From contig JALSOH010000009.1 in NCBI GenBank assembly GCA_026986575.1, forward strand, positions 64,001-128,000: DNA of 64,000 nucleotides. Direction: 5' to 3'. Shown here one piece after another: positions 19,319 through 31,900 of this stretch. Both the position numbers and the translations under genes were made by a program. The notes beneath the pieces were generated by a model, which did not search any database, had not been told where the DNA came from, and was given only the letters and a program-made list of their open reading frames with translations. The stretch's first letter is position 1, and each line of letters starts with the position of its first letter. The stretch is from Thermoproteota archaeon. Lineage in GTDB: Archaea > Korarchaeota > Korarchaeia > Korarchaeales > Korarchaeaceae.

Positions 19319-20113
19319 ATGCTACCCGGACTACCTACAGTAGCAAGGCCAACGTTGAGCGAGATGATCTCACTTGCGGGGAAAACTGCTATGATCACTG
19401 GAGCTGCGTCAGGAATAGGTAAGGCAACTGCGTTAAGGTTTGCAGAGGCGGGAGCTGATATAATAGCTGTAGATGTGGATGGGGAGGGATTGCAGAAGCT
19501 GGCTAGGGAGATCTCGGAGGTCAGGATTCAAGCCAAGCTGGTGGATCTCTCCAATAAGAGCGAGATAGACAGGCTCTGGGACGAGATAGAGGAGGCCCCG
19601 GATATCCTCGTGAATAACGCTGGGATCTACCCTTTCAAGGGATTCACGGAGGTGGATGAGGGTTTCCTAGATTGGGTGATGAGGGTGAATGCCCTCTCAG
19701 TGTTCTGGATGAGCCAGCACATGATAAGGAGGAGAGAAAAGCGCGGCGGAGTGATCGTGAATGTGGGCTCAATAGAGGCGATACTCCCGTTTAAGGAGGA
19801 TCTCGCCCATTACACCATGAGCAAGGCCGCGGTGATAGCACTAACTAGGTCGCTCGCGAGGGACTACGGCAAGAAGTTCAGGGTGAATGTCGTCATCCCC
19901 GGTGGGATATACACGGAAGGAGTCAAGAAGATCGCTAAGAAGCTCGGGATAAAGGCGGTTGGGGAGGCTAAGGAGTTCATGAAACGCCTTCCTATGGGGA
20001 GGATGGGGGATCCCGATGAGGTGGCTAGGGTGATACTGTTCTTGGCCAGCGACATGGCTAGCTACGTCAACGGGGCTGTGATACCGGTGGATGGGGGATT
20101 CCTATCCACCTAA
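19319..20113 (+). CDS. Short-chain dehydrogenase/reductase
   Basis: TGAASGIG, NNAG, YTMSK. Confidence 0.95.
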   Translation: MLPGLPTVARPTLSEMISLAGKTAMITGAASGIGKATALRFAEAGADIIAVDVDGEGLQKLAREISEVRIQAKLVDLSNKSEIDRLWDEIEEAPDILVNNAGIYPFKGFTEVDEGFLDWVMRVNALSVFWMSQHMIRRREKRGGVIVNVGSIEAILPFKEDLAHYTMSKAAVIALTRSLARDYGKKFRVNVVIPGGIYTEGVKKIAKKLGIKAVGEAKEFMKRLPMGRMGDPDEVARVILFLASDMASYVNGAVIPVDGGFLST

Positions 20114-20351
20114 CCCCCGATCTACTGCCATCCAGCCTCAGTATCGGTGGGCCCATCAGTGATTCAAGACTAGAAGATCGGTCCTTTTCTTTGGATTTTT
20201 CTAAAAATTCCCATAGCCCTAGACCGAAGAAGGCTATTGTCGGAAGAAGCCAAAATATCCTGTATCTCGCGCGGCCCTTTCCCCTACTCCCTGTAATAGG
20301 CCAGAGACTACTCTGCCGGAACAAGTTTCCTTTCTAAACCCCTAGCCGTTC

Positions 20352-20890
20352 TCAGAGATCTTTTCCCATGTACAGCAGCTCATAATACAACACAAGACCC
20401 CTTTTCAGCCCCTTCTGCTTGATGTACTCCGTGGTCATCCCAATACCCTTGGGGCAGGAAACAAAGTTCCTCAACCTGTTCTTCCTGAAGAACGTGTGAA
20501 GCAGACCAGCTGGTACATCCAATAGGATGGCTTTATCTTGCATTCCTCAGACCCCACTGTGTAGCCTTATCCTGCCGCATCTCCACTTGAGCAAAGGATC
20601 TTTGTTCCCGGCATCTCCCTCATAATCTCGAGGATCTCATACCCCATTTCTTCCTCGACATATCTCTCACCCACATGTATTTTGCTCAGCTGGATGTTGA
20701 AACAGGCCTCTTCGCCCACCACCTTTCCCTTAGGAGATTGAATCCCCACAACTTTGACTTCTTTATCTCAAACTCTTCGGACCTCTCCAGCTGTCTATGA
20801 ATCCGACCACGAGGGTGTTCAGACCATGTACTTCCTCAACTCCTCCACCGACGAGGGTTACGTGATCATGTAGAAGGGGAGAATGTTCGA
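20352..20890 (-). pseudogene. Fragmented gene remnant, possibly a Cys-rich Fe-S oxidoreductase
   Basis: Several short collinear minus-strand ORFs with protein-like text (EILEIMREMPG..LCSSG, FVSCPKG) interrupted by stops. Confidence 0.3.
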
Positions 20891-20938
20891 GATCCGGAGT
20901 CGCGTTAAACTCATCAAAGTTGCACCCCCCATTATCTT

Positions 20939-21508
20939 ATGAGGAGGATTTCAATCAACGCGTTCTTCAGGGTAGCGGGTCCTAGACTGGTAGCCCTGAT
21001 ATCTTCCGGTCCGCTGTACGACGCCAACGCGATGGCCGCCACCTGGCACTCACCGATTTCCTTCGAACCCCCACTATACGGAGTATCTGTGTCACCAAAG
21101 AGGACAACACACTCCATCATAAGGGAGATGAAATCTTTCGGGGTGAATCTCATGCCCTACGAGATGGTAGATTCGGTTCACACTTGCGGTCGGATCTCGA
21201 GATCGGAGTTAAGGGATAAGCTGGAAATCGCTGGTATAAAGGTATTCGAGGGTCCGGAACTAGGCGTCCCCCTAGTAGAAGGGGCTTACGCGGCCATGGA
21301 GTGCCTCTTGGTGGACCGGATGGAACTAGGGGACCACACCTGGTTCGTAGGTGAGGTAAGATCGGTACTCGCTGGGGCCACTGGGGGAGGGGTAGTGGAT
21401 GTCTCCTCGATAAGGCCCTTGCTATACTTGGGGAACGACCTGTACCTGACTGTGGATCCGGAGACCGTGAGGAGGGGTAGGGTGAAGGGGAGACCCCAAC
21501 GATCATAA
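20939..21508 (+). CDS. Flavin reductase-like (DIM6/NTAB) protein
   Basis: NAMAATW..ISFEPP, FGVN, GDHTWFVGEV. Confidence 0.92.
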   Translation: MRRISINAFFRVAGPRLVALISSGPLYDANAMAATWHSPISFEPPLYGVSVSPKRTTHSIIREMKSFGVNLMPYEMVDSVHTCGRISRSELRDKLEIAGIKVFEGPELGVPLVEGAYAAMECLLVDRMELGDHTWFVGEVRSVLAGATGGGVVDVSSIRPLLYLGNDLYLTVDPETVRRGRVKGRPQRS

Positions 21509-21519
21509 GGGATGTCACG

Positions 21520-22428
21520 ATGGATGGTGCGATGAAGGTACTGGTGACCGGAGCCTCTGGAATGCTGGGATGCAATCTGATCCCCTTGCTCAGGGAGAGG
21601 GGTTACGATATCGTGGCCATGATAAACAGAGGGAGTCTCAAGAAGAGGCCTTGGGCTAGGGAGATTCTTGACGGATTGAAGTTGGTAGAGAGCAGGGTGG
21701 AGGAGTTCAAAGGGCACCTCGAGGTGGATGCGGTCATCCACTTGGCAGCCGTCCTGAGAGGACCTACCATGAGAGTGAACTACAGGGGAACCGTGAATCT
21801 CCTTGAACGAGTGAAAGCGGATTTCTTCGTCCTGATCAGCAGTATACTTGCACTGGGGGATGGTTTGAGGGAGAGAGCGGATGAGGAAGCTCCATGCATA
21901 CCGGTAACTGGTTACGAGAGATCTAAATGCGAGGCAGAGAGGGCGGTCAAGAAATCGGGGATTAAGCACCTTATCCTCAGACCCGGATGGATATACGGTC
22001 CCTACTCAATAAATCCGGACATACTCAGCATCGCTAGGTGGATAAAAAGGGGAATCAGGCCCGTTCTAGTGAGCGAGGATCTGCCCTTGGCCCTCGTTCA
22101 CGCGAGAGACGTGGCTGAATCGATCATTCATTTACTGGAAGCCGGAGAAGAGGGCATCTATAATGTGAGAGGACCGAGGATGTACATGATGGCGGAACTC
22201 CTTGATGCGATCTCCTCCTTCCTCAATAGGGAGGGGATCAGGGTGACTGTGCTTAGGTGGATTCTGAGGCTGGCAAGCAGGTGGTTCGATGTGGTGAGGT
22301 ACTTGGATCTAGCTCCTGATGACATGCCAATCGACAAGCTCTTAAACAGCGGGTTCCGCCCCACTATAGATTTGGACGGGGGTATGAGGGAGAGCCTGAC
22401 TTGGATGAGATCCAGAGGCCTGATCTGA
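21520..22428 (+). CDS. NAD-dependent epimerase/dehydratase
   Basis: VTGASGMLG, IHLAA, YERSK, LRPGWIYGP, VHARDVA. Confidence 0.92.
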   Translation: MDGAMKVLVTGASGMLGCNLIPLLRERGYDIVAMINRGSLKKRPWAREILDGLKLVESRVEEFKGHLEVDAVIHLAAVLRGPTMRVNYRGTVNLLERVKADFFVLISSILALGDGLRERADEEAPCIPVTGYERSKCEAERAVKKSGIKHLILRPGWIYGPYSINPDILSIARWIKRGIRPVLVSEDLPLALVHARDVAESIIHLLEAGEEGIYNVRGPRMYMMAELLDAISSFLNREGIRVTVLRWILRLASRWFDVVRYLDLAPDDMPIDKLLNSGFRPTIDLDGGMRESLTWMRSRGLI

Positions 22429-22500
22429 TCCGATGAGGCAGCGGAATCAAAGGAGGTAGCGCCAAGCCCCTAGAAGGGGGAGATAAATCGAGACTGGAGA

Positions 22501-22914
22501 TCATTCGAGCATCAAGCCGCTGATGCGGAGCTTGCCCTCTTTCTCCAGCTCGTGAATCCTCTCAACGACCTTGTAGATAGAGAGGTTTGCCTGCTTGGCC
22601 AGCTCGTATGGAGATACGTGCCCTCTTTCCTTGGCCATATTTATTATCATCCTACCCAGATCATCGTCGACGCGCTCATCTAACACATCAATGATCAGCT
22701 TGTATCGGGCCCTCTTAAACCTGGGCTCGGAGATGTATATGGCCAACGAGATCAGCGTCGATGATATGACCGCCGCTGCGATCGCTGAGTAGAATGTAAA
22801 CGTGGACATTATCGACCTGTACATGAGTATCAGGAAGATCTCCGTTGAGAGGACTGTCAAGCCCCAGGCGGCAGCGACCAAGGCCTTCCTCCTAGTCCAT
22901 ACCCATGGGACCAT
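22501..22914 (-). CDS. Two-TM membrane protein with a C-terminal winged HTH
   Basis: ATG 22914 is preceded by GGAGGTGA; two hydrophobic helices, then VSPYELAKQANLSIYKVVERIHELEKEGKL. Confidence 0.75.
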   Translation of the reverse strand: MVPWVWTRRKALVAAAWGLTVLSTEIFLILMYRSIMSTFTFYSAIAAAVISSTLISLAIYISEPRFKRARYKLIIDVLDERVDDDLGRMIINMAKERGHVSPYELAKQANLSIYKVVERIHELEKEGKLRISGLMLE

Positions 22915-22919
22915 TGCGA

Positions 22920-25900
22920 TCACCTCCTCTCTTGAGAGGCTCCAGCCCCGCCACTCAGCAGGAGGAGCTCGGCAGCCTCCCAAAGGTCGAGTCCCGAGTT
23001 CCGGGCTACCTCCAAGGATTTCATAACGAGATCCTCATCCAGCACCCGCACATGCAGACTACCCCTAGAGATCAGCTTCTCAACCATAGGGGCGACTGCT
23101 GGATCGCTTAGAGCCTTAGATGCGGTGGCTTCCGAGATGGCCAGCCCGAAAGAGGGCAAGTCACCCCGACCTATCAGGTCCCTGAGTGCCGAGTAGTCTA
23201 TCAGCATTGCCTTCCTCCTCCTGAAGATTATAAAAAGTAATATCAGGAGGGACATTGGCATACTGATCATACCCAGCATGGACTCTCTCATGAGCCCCCT
23301 CAACTCTAGGGTCGCGCTGGACTCCGGACCGCCTAGAACTCTCGCTCTGTTGGTCAGGTTTCCTCCGAAGATCCACCTCGGATAGCGGGCCACTATGAAA
23401 ACGACAGCGGTACCATTCCGCGCGGATATGCGGAGCTCCCTTCCCTCTATTGAGATGTCCACCCCCTTGTGTGAGAGAACCTCCTCTACCTCCATTCCCT
23501 CGGGTAGCTCGTCGACTGCCGTGGTCCCCTCAGGACCCCTTATCCTGAGGATATACTCCATCGACCCCCTCCCGAAGTAGATGCCCACCTTTTGCAGGTG
23601 CGTCTCCTCCTCAGGGGGCTTCACCACGATCGTGAATGAAGCGGTCAGGTTCCCCAAGAAGGCCCTGTTAGCCCAAGCGCCTACGCGAGACGCCTTGAAT
23701 ACGAAGCTGAAGCTGCGGGATTCGCCCGGACTAAGCTTGTCTATCCTCCATGAAATCTGCCTGCCCCTGGCTCCCCTAACTAGCAGCGGCAAGAGCCCCT
23801 CTGTCGGCTCATCGACTATGAACAGCTCCCTAGCCGTCACATTCCCAGTATTGGTCACCGTTATCCAGCAAACTACCGGATCGCCGACTTCGACCTCGGT
23901 GGGCGAGCAGGTCTTGCTCAGAGAGAGGTTGGCCACGAGTTCACTGCTGACGTTCAATAAGGGGGCAGTAGCCTTGGTCTCAGTTCCTTGAATTCGCTCC
24001 CCACCTTTTCTCTCTCCGGATTTCACAGGAGCACCCAGCGGAGTCTCCGTCGTGACGTTCAGTGGAGGTATCGCGCGGGTCACCGTCACATTGACTGGCC
24101 TCCTCCCGGTCGAAACGGAGCCCTCGCAACGGATGACCGGTTCCCTGAGGATTGCCGCAGACTCGAATCCCTCTCCGACCTTGGTCATGAATGATAGATT
24201 ACCTCCAACTCCGGAGAGACCCGTGAAATTCGCCACCACGTAGTAAGAGGGGAATTCGCTTGCCGGACTATCAAGGTGAGCTGGGGAGCTCCAAGAGCTA
24301 CCTGGGCCGATCGTCTCTCCGGGATTCTCACAGAAGACGAGTCTACCCGATTCAGGCTCTCCCTCGTACACGCAGATGCTGGTCAAATTGTAAGAGAGAT
24401 CTCCTGCCCTGTTAGAAAAGCTGACAAATATAGAGTAGCCCCCGTCTACCCTCTCCTTCACTATGTTGATCGAGGCGGGCCCAACGTATCTAATCTCACC
24501 TAAGAGGTCTAGGAGGGGTGGGTGGGAACTCCTCATTCTAACCCTTGCGTCGGGGATATGCAGATCTTCCACTGCCTCGACCGCGAGAGTCAGGCTGAGG
24601 GTGGCCACATCACCCGAATGGAGCGGTCCGAGGCGCCATCTAACCGAGCCACCATCCAAGCCGACGGTACCGGCGGTAGCAGCAGCCCCGATAACAGAGG
24701 TTGCCCAGCTCACGGGCTTCATAACCTCGACCTCATCCACATCTTGGGTTGACTTCAGCCTGATATTCAGCTCCACCTCTCTGACCTCACCACAATCCAT
24801 CGATCCCGGTGTCAGCTCCTCCTCCAGTGTGATGGGAGGTGCGACATCCTTTGGAGCGGTGAAGCGCCACCTAACGTACTCCCCGGGTCCCACCCTCTCC
24901 GCCCTCAGGGGAGGTTCTTCCGCTATCATCGATGGGACTGGGTAATCAGGGTAGAACTCGTAACCAGGGGCGTGAATTGGGATGCGAACATCGGAGATCT
25001 CGTCTCTCGTAGGATTGGTGACGGTCAGAAAGCCCCAATGCTCTCTCACGACGTAGCTTCCGTTATAGTGGAATAGAACGTCTAGGAACTCGTCGACTCT
25101 GACTTCCGGCATGCTCGGTGGATCCACACCAACTATAAGTGCCTTCGAGAGCTGAAAGTCGGTGGATCCGCAGTCGAGTGATGTTAGCGTGTAACTAACG
25201 GACTTGGTACCCTCAGGAGAGCCTGACGGTCCCAGCGTGAGGAGCCACCAGTAAACATCCCCTGAACTCCCTTGAGGCGTTTCGCTCGGAGATGTCAGGA
25301 CCATGCCGTCCGGGATCACGTCATATACCTTGGTGGTGGTTGGCCATGGGTTGAGATTGCTCGCGGTCAGGGTCACTGACAGACTGCAGTCGGACGAAGG
25401 CTCAATGTCCTTCCTTACGAACACGCTCACAGGCTTCTTCTTCACCACAGGACCGAACTCGCTGCTTCCAATACCGTCTATGTGGGTCACGGCCGTGAGG
25501 GAGCTAGATGTGTCAGGCCTAGCCCAGTCCGGCAGGGATGAGAGGTCCAGCGTGCCCGAGAACTCACCCCCAGAGTCCGTCTGTAGGCTCCCAAGGTAGA
25601 TCCATCCCTCCCCGTAGTAATTGGAGACTTGGGAATCTCCTGAGTAGTTGTTCCCCGCGAGGTCGTCACCGCCGTTTGTATTATTGACTAGGAAGATGAG
25701 CACATCAGCGTTTGAGAAGGTCGGGCTCCCCTCATACTCATCCTCCCTGTTCACGTATCCCGTGACGTGGAGGGTCATGCTGACAGGATCGTAGTCGAAA
25801 TCCAAGATCACTGGGTAATCCAATCCTTCGTTCGGTTGCCCCGGATCTAGAAGTCCGTCATTGACCGTCACATTATCGCCCACCGGTTCAGACAGGTGCG

Positions 25901-28900
25901 TGGTATCGAGATCGATCCCCACCTCCCCGTTAGAGAAGATGGAGTTGATCAGGATTGAGTTGTTCAGGCTTACCCTCGTTCCATCGGACCAGTTGCCAAC
26001 AACCACACCGGGCCCGTAGTTCCCGGTGATCACGCTGGCATTCACCAGGGTTCCGTTTCCGAATATCCTCACACCTCCATCTTCACCCGATTCGCCAGCC
26101 CAGCCGTTTCCACTCAGATTCGCCTCCTCTATTACGTTTCCTCCCAATCCATTCCAGCTGTCGAATCCATACGCTGCATTGTCGTGTAGGTAGGAGCACC
26201 TCAGGACTAGCCCGCCTGCACCCTCCTCCACCGAGATACCATCCTCGACTCCATTGACTAATCCGTTTGAAAATACCTCCACGCCATCTATGAAGCCCTC
26301 AAATACCCCACCTTCTATATGTATACCCGTGTACCCATTGAAGGCCACTAAACTCGAAGTCACGTTGAAGCTCGGTCCACCGGATGAGATCACCTCTATT
26401 CCCTCAGCCCCGTTCCTCTGCAGGCCGTGCGAGTCAGGGTCATCTCCTATGGATGTGAGACCCACGAGGAGGTGGGTCAGGGACACGTTAGAGATGGCAT
26501 CCGTCCCGTTGATCAGTATGCCTCCGTCAGGGTAATCGATCCCGAAGCCGAACACGGACAGATCGCTCACCCAAGTATTGCTCGCGTTGATCACTATTCC
26601 GTAGCCGTCCAGTCCTTCACCGTATATCTCAAGCTCCGGCTTCTCCACCCCCGCTAGAGCGCACTCATCCCCGGTCCCAATAATGCCGTCAGGCCCCGTC
26701 CCCACCACACCAACGGATCCCGTCGTGCCCGCGTTAGAGTTCCTGATGGTCATGTCTGGGTTGAGAACGGTCCCATTGAGTACAGTTCCCGAAGGATCAC
26801 TGAGGGCGGGAAGCTGGCCGAGGCTGTGATTGACCTCAACCCTCCAAGCCTCGGCATACTCCACATTGCTGTCCACCGTCATCACAAAGTAACTTCTCTG
26901 GTAACCCTTCAATGCGTTCGCGTTCACGAGGAATTGCCTAAGGCTTCCTTGGGCGTATCTAGAGCTGTCTACTCTTGCATAGATCGGCCCCTCAGCCTCG
27001 AATACCCAATACGCGACCTGCTCGCTGGTGTGCCACCTTTCCGAATCTGACAGGGTGTCCTCATCGATCGAGAGCTTCAGTTCGCTTGTTATAGGGTTAC
27101 TTCCGTAAAAAACGGCCCATCCACCATTGGGTCCATCCATCGCGGCTTGGGTGGCCACCCCCACGGAGTAAGTTCCCCCCAAACTGTAAACGTAAGGCGG
27201 AGAGGAGCCTCCCGGCCCTCCACTCACACCTCCCACGGAATCACTACCCACCTGAGCCTCGTAGCCGATCCCTCCTGTGGAACCGGAGCCCGCCTCCACG
27301 ATCACCACTCCCAGCAGCTCGCTCCTTCTGTATGTGATGGGGTCCTCTCCAACGTGCTTGCCCACATAGAGCAAACTAGAATCAGGAGGATCTCGTCTAT
27401 TCCCGTTGCAATCCCAGAAGACGGACCACCTACTGTCGTTGTAACTCATCACCTGACCCAAGACAACCGGCGACGTGTACGACCAGTAGTAAGAGATGTA
27501 TTCCATTAAGGAGGAGTCCCAGTTATTGTTGTCGTTCGTCCCATCGGAAACCACCCTGTGGGCTTCTACCTTCCTCCCATCATCTAACTCCCAGCCCCCC
27601 TCTTCCATGACCAAGCAGTAGACATCGCCGGGAGTCACGGATTTTTCAGATGGGTTCTGGATCCGGACCTTGAAAGAGTAGTGTCCAACATTCTTCAACC
27701 TGACGACGGCCTCGTTGTCGGCGCTGCTCGGGAGGTTGTAGGTGCAGGCGACCACCGGACTCTCGTAATAGTAGTGAGTGAAGACGGGAGTCCAGGAACT
27801 CCCGACTCCCGGAATCATGAATACCTCTCCTACCGGCCGCTTCCCCTTGGCTGGTCTGTCCAGCGTGTTGACCACTACCTCGTAGCTGAAGCCGAAATCA
27901 AGGCTCCCTCCACCGTAGTTAGAGGGCTCGACCTGAATGTAATGCTCCGGCTGACCGTTCTCGAAGTCCCCTACCTCAGGGTCCTTCCCGCCGAACTTCG
28001 GCACTATCTTCCAAGAGCTCCCGTCCCATTCTGTCTGGAAGGTCTGCTCGGCCCAGACCTCACTCCATGTATGACCTAGATTGAGCCCCCTGACCGATAT
28101 GAGGGTGCTCGAGTCCACGACAACGAAAACCCGCCCATCATATATGGAGTGTAATGTGTACCTGCCGGATGAATCGGTCACCTCAGCATCTATTATTTTA
28201 TCTCCAAAATCTAGGACGCCGTCCCCATCATCCCTGTAGAGGAGGACCCGGACATTAGGAATTCCAACATCTGACGAATCGAGGGAGCCAAGCAATCCGA
28301 AGTCCTCGTATACCTTCCCGTGAATGGGCCAGCTGACATACACAGTGATGTTGTGAGTGGAGACCACACCATTACTCTCAATCGCTTCAACTTCCACCGT
28401 GTAGATACCGTAATTAGCGAGGCTGAACTGGTACCGATAAAGCCTCCAGCCCGGCGGAGAGCTCGGATCCTCCGAAATAAGGCTCATGCTGTCCGTCAGG
28501 ACGACTGCGTCGCTCTGGTCGAACACCGTGATCCTCACATCCGATATGTCGTATGCCCCAATGGGATCGCTGACGTTCGCGGTGACCGTGATCGTATCCC
28601 CTGGTGAGTAATCCGGCTGATCAGTTTCCACATCACCCACCTTTATGTAAGTGTAGGTGCTTACCTCTACGCGGGACGGGTGCGACGCGTCGTGAGCGAT
28701 GTAGAGAGGATACGGAGCCTGATTCTTCACCCTCAGGACCAGATAGTTATCCTCAGGAATGCTAACTTGGGAGGAAAGTGGTATCACGAAGCTGTACTCT
28801 TCGGACGTGGTTGAGAGGGTGAGAGATTGCTCAACAGAGCCTATGGCAACGGCCGTGCTCCCATCCGTGTAGAAGAGGTCAACAACCACGTCGTGAGAGG

Positions 28901-31900
28901 CCGCGTAGTCGTCCCTCAAGTAGAGGGTGACAGACACATCCCCTGATATTACGAACTCATCTGAGAAAGCCGGTATTTGGACCCACGAATCTAGGGAGTT
29001 GGATGAGATGGTGGTCTCGCTACTCGTCACCGTTGGAGTGGTGGTGTTAAGGGTGTGCGAGCTGTCTCCATGGAGATAGAACTGCTTATCCACGTTTCCC
29101 GGATGTATCGTGTCCGTGTAGAGGGACACCGTGTCGTAAATGTTGGTGTCGCTGATCTTGGTGAAGTTCAGCTCAGTGAGATCGACCTCGCCCATAGGTG
29201 CCGTGGACGGCACCACCTTTCTAACTGTCAAATTGGTCTCGCCAACCGGTAGTAAGAGGTCTGGAAGCCCATTTACGTTCGAATCGTATCCCACAGCGAT
29301 GAAATCCCATGCGCCATCACCATCAGAGTCCTCAGCAACTAGAGTATCGCCTTCGTAAAGTTCGGTCGCCCATCCCTTCGTGGATCGAGCTATGCTCACA
29401 TCGAACCTCGCCTCCTCGTCGTAGTTGTATGCGGTCACATTGTACTCCGCCTCACTCCCCGGATACACCTTCTTTTCCTGATCCGGCTCCACGGAAAATG
29501 TGGTGATGTAGATGACTACGCTCTTGGCATCGTTTGAGGTATTCTGATCACCCGAGAGCTCGGAACTGACCGTAATGTTGTATGTACCTAGTGGCAGAGA
29601 GGACAGATCTAGTAAGAAGCTGACCCGAACCGTCTCGTTGTGGGGGACGTAAAGGCTCACATACTTCGTTTGGGTCGATGAGTAACCTCCTCCAATCTTC
29701 TCCACTGTCATCTTTATGGGAACGTTCTCTTCATCGACTATCCCGTAAAGGGCAGCGGTAGCGTTGACCCATATGGTAGCGTTGACATTGGGATTCACCC
29801 GACTTCCATTCTCCGGCGTGTCTATGCTCTTTATCCCCACATCATGCAGCTGTGAAAGTCCATCGTTGATCTGATCTAGCATGTCGTTCATATCATATCC
29901 TAGGCCCCAGATCACCGGTATCGCCCAGACTTCCCCGGGGGCTAGAGAATCTCTATCCCAAGCCAAGGCTGTACCAGCGTCCCCGTAGTAGCTGGACGAA
30001 TTGGTGAGCCTGTCATATAGGATGTCCGTCCACACCGTTCCGTACCGATCCACTTCGTGCAGTGAACTGGGCTGTTCCGCCCTGAAACCACCATACTCGA
30101 TCTCTCCGGGGGGAGCATTACCGTCGTATCCATACACCACATCGTTGGTCGAGTCGTAGAAGGAATCATCATCATAGTAGTCCCCGTTGAAGTTCCAGTC
30201 CATGCCTTGGAAGAACCTGAGATTCGTGTAGGTACCGGAAGTAGGGTTCCTCAGATAGTAGACCGTGGCAAACCACCTCTTATTGTCCCTTATTATCGTC
30301 TTCTGGGTTATGTTCAGCTCGTATCCACTCCACTGTGCCTGCATCTCCGTGATTATGACGCTCTCCAGCATACCGTTAGGGACCGTGTTGGCTGAGACAT
30401 TCTCCCTTCTTACCTCGGTGAGAAAATAGTTGGCTGTCCTATAGAAATCTCCATCATTCCCATACTGTCTGGTTCCACCGTCTGTAGTGTATCTGATAGC
30501 TATTTTCGAGCCAGCGTCCGCATCTATGTCATTAGCCCAGTTGTCCTCCGTTCTCCCGGCGTGATCGTGGCTGGCAATAGTAGAGGAGCTATCCCCCTGC
30601 GAGTAGGGGAATACGATGGCAGAGAGCTGACCTGCCTCCACCTCCTCTATGGCCACGGAATTGTTCGGGCTTGGAGGTATGAGCGTGATGTCGTAACCGG
30701 TAATGGGATCATCGAAGAAGTAAAGGACTCCCCCGTCTACGTACCACCTGATCTCCCCTTCCACCTCCCCCGTTGACCTGTTCACCTTGATGTCATTCAC
30801 TATGACCCTCCCATCGTCTCCAACTATCTTACCCACCCTGTATCCTTGAGGGATCTTCACGGAGAACCTGTAATTTACCTCAAGTTTGCCCCTGACCTCC
30901 AGCCTTATTGCAGTCTCGTTCACCCGCCATGACGTGACAGCAGTATTAAGAACCTCCTCAGGGAGACCTAACCTCTTTAGCAGTTCTGATGTGGCCGGAA
31001 GCTCATATTCCGAGATATTTAACCTCCCTATTCGCCTTACTACTTTTTTCAGGGCTTTAATTCCCATGGAAAGCATTTTCACAGTCAGCCTATCTGGTGA
31101 AGCGGATCTGACGATTATCCTCTTAGATGTGGGATCGTAGGCCACGGAGAAGCCTTCACCTCTGGCTTGGGGGCCTGCCGATGGCCAACTCGGTGACCTC
31201 TTTACCATCAGAATGAGGGGAAAGGGCCTGCCCCAAGCAATTAGCAGTACCCTGTGCGTCCCCTCCGAGAGGATCACGGGTATGGTGAAGGTCCCATTTT
31301 CCACACTCGTATTTCCCTTCACCCCCTCAACCTCGTAAGACAGGAAGGGGGGAGGGATTATCTGGTATTCTAAACGCCCTACTATGCCTTTATCCTCCTC
31401 ATAGGTGAGCTCGAACTCGTAGTGATCCACGATGAAGTGATCCTCCATGCCGTCTACCTCAACACTGTAGTTGCCAAGCAGCACGCTGGAATTGAGCGGG
31501 TAAGTCGATTCCCAATGATCCCCAGATTTCTCGAATACCAGAGGTATGATCCTACCCTCTGGATCCACGAGGTTGGCGGAGCTGGGCTCGAATCGAACCC
31601 TCACGATCACTACATCTCCCGGGAAGTATACCTTCCTCTCCAGCTCCACTCCTTCATCCACGAGCGGCAACGAGAGATGGGCATTGCCGCATCTCAACTC
31701 GACTTCACGCTCACTGGGAGGCACAGGTATGGTGAATGTCCCATTAATCACCTCTGCGTCTCCCTCCAAGCCGCTGGAGAATCTATATCTGACCTCCTTA
31801 GGTGGGACGAAGTAGTAAGAGACCGTTCCTCTGACGAGCCCATCTCGGTAGCTAGCGTTCAGCTCGTAGTAGTCCACGTAGAAATCTACCGTCGAGTTCC

